Assembly (NCBI GenBank): GCA_021158645.1
Contig: JAGGUH010000062.1
Span: forward strand, 1-14,919
Source: a bacterium
GTDB lineage: Bacteria; Patescibacteriota; Minisyncoccia; UBA6257; JAGGUH01
Length of the DNA: 14,919 bases
Reading direction: 5' to 3'
The notes under the pieces were generated by a model, which saw only the letters and a program-made list of their open reading frames with translations, was not told the origin of the DNA and made no database searches. This document shows, one piece after another, positions 14,173 to 14,919 of this stretch. Numbering within the stretch: position 1 is the stretch's first letter; each line of letters opens with the position of its first letter. The position numbers and the translations under genes are program-made.

Positions 14173-14292
14173 CTATTCTTCTCCATATTCATCTTCCCCT
14201 TCCAACTTTTCTCTAACTCGTTCTTCCATTATTTCGTCAATCAAATCTTCTTTCCATATTAAAATTGCTCTTTCTCTTAATTCTTTTTCACT
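14173..14292 (-). other. in-frame continuation of the acidic ORF past its TAG (39 further codons, ending at a second TAG)
   Basis: My translation immediately after the TAG is SEKELRERAILIWKEDLIDEIMEERVREKLEGEDEYGEE, then TAG at 14173-14175. It has the same acidic composition and the same frame as the upstream 71 codons. Confidence 0.45.
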
Positions 14293-14508
14293 CTAAGAAG
14301 GATTTGCTTTTTTCAATTCTCTCATTATTTGATTTACTTCATTTTCATCGACGCCTTCTTCTTTTATTATTTCCTCAACTTCTTTTACTATCTCAGGTAA
14401 TAATTCCTCTTCTAATTTCTCCCTTTCTTCATCTTCCTCCTCTAATTTCTTTATATCCTCTGGACCATACTCGTCAGAAAATTTTGGTCTCCATTTCTTT
14501 TTTTCCAT
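14293..14508 (-). CDS. small highly acidic protein (71 aa up to the first TAG)
   Basis: ATG at 14508 and TAG at 14293-14295. The Glu/Lys-rich, coding-like sequence is MEKKKWRPKFSDEYGPEDIKKLEEEDEE.... The same frame continues beyond the TAG (next feature). Confidence 0.55.
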   Translation of the reverse strand: MEKKKWRPKFSDEYGPEDIKKLEEEDEEREKLEEELLPEIVKEVEEIIKEEGVDENEVNQIMRELKKANPS

Positions 14509-14616
14509 AATTAATTTATATTATGATGTATTTTATATTATATTATGTTCGACCTTTAAATAAATTATATCAAGAAAATTAAAAAAATCAAAAAATAATA
14601 ATTTTTGGGATTATTA

Positions 14617-14673
14617 ATATTCTAACATTCTGCAGAATGTTGGAATATCAAAATGTTGGAATGTGTAAACATT
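14617..14673. promoter_or_regulatory. cluster of AATGTT(G/A)GAAT motifs: a 32-nt palindrome, a direct repeat and a further inverted half-site
   Basis: The palindrome ATATTCTAACATTCTG|CAGAATGTTGGAATAT (14617-14648) has 16-nt arms with one G-T position. CAGAATGTTGGAAT (14633-14646) and CAAAATGTTGGAAT (14649-14662) form a 13/14 direct repeat. An inverted AACATT core lies at 14668-14673. The cluster sits between a partial upstream ORF (stop at 14734) and the acidic gene (ATG at 14508). Confidence 0.4.
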
Positions 14674-14733
14674 TAAATATTATAGATGTCGAAATATTTT
14701 ATTTGACCTTAAGATAAAATTTTATCTCCTTTT

Positions 14734-14919
14734 TTATTTTTCTAAAAGGTATTTTTCAACAATTTTTATTACTTCTTCTGACTCTAATTTTGAAGAAACT
14801 CCAATTGGCGAGCCAATAATATCTCCTCGTCCACCCCAAGTAGAATGACCACCTTTTTCTTCTTCTTTTTGGTTGAGTTCTTTCAAGGCTCCGGCTAAAT
14901 CAATTGGCACAAATTGATT
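14734..14919 (-). CDS. C-terminal 61 codons of an unidentified protein (truncated by the window edge)
   Basis: The minus-strand frame is open from the window edge to TAA at 14734-14736: ...NQFVPIDLAGALKELNQKEEEKGGHSTWGGRGDIIGSPIGVSSKLESEEVIKIVEKYLLEK. It is coding-like and relatively GC-rich for this window. It is absent from the ORF track because it has no start within the window. Family not recognised. Confidence 0.6.
   Translation of the reverse strand, partial: NQFVPIDLAGALKELNQKEEEKGGHSTWGGRGDIIGSPIGVSSKLESEEVIKIVEKYLLEK

Noticed and set aside
1-14919. Alternative genetic code with UGA reassigned (code 4 or 25, as in Mollicutes, Gracilibacteria or SR1)
   Set aside because: All housekeeping genes are full-length under the standard code. 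TGA terminates mreB, at a normal C-terminus and overlapping the map ATG, and also terminates the membrane ORF directly before dnaJ. No conserved gene appears split at a TGA.

Overview
This is a 14.9 kb window from a very AT-rich, tightly packed bacterial genome that uses the standard genetic code: TAA is the main stop, and TGA and TAG also terminate full-length genes. Nearly all of it is housekeeping. On the minus strand are tgt, map and mreB (mreB and map overlap as ATGA), a small Cys-containing two-TM protein that I recall as the CPR/Parcubacteria 'T4SS-pilin-like' family, and a heat-shock operon grpE-hsp20-dnaK-[unknown membrane ORF]-dnaJ. On the plus strand are an unknown 288-aa ORF, a divergent uppS, a canonical tmRNA (ssrA, four pseudoknots, tag ANEKIPAYALA) and infC-rpmI-rplT-argS. 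The composition, the pilin-like ORF and the lack of Shine-Dalgarno sequences suggest a Patescibacteria (CPR)-like origin, but that is inference. I see no recognisable defence system, mobile element, CRISPR array or toxin-antitoxin pair, and I cannot honestly point to a clear novel multi-gene system. The items most worth a second look are: (1) an uncharacterised polytopic membrane ORF wedged between dnaK and dnaJ, with its start embedded in the end of dnaK; (2) a small acidic gene with an in-frame TAG followed by 39 more coding-like codons; (3) a family of heptamer-periodic purine-rich/pyrimidine-rich repeats carrying perfect SD and anti-SD-like sequences, found upstream of mreB and bracketing the tmRNA, in a genome whose genes lack SD sites; (4) an ArgRS whose HIGH motif reads TLGN; (5) two operator-like inverted-repeat clusters near the 3' end of the window.
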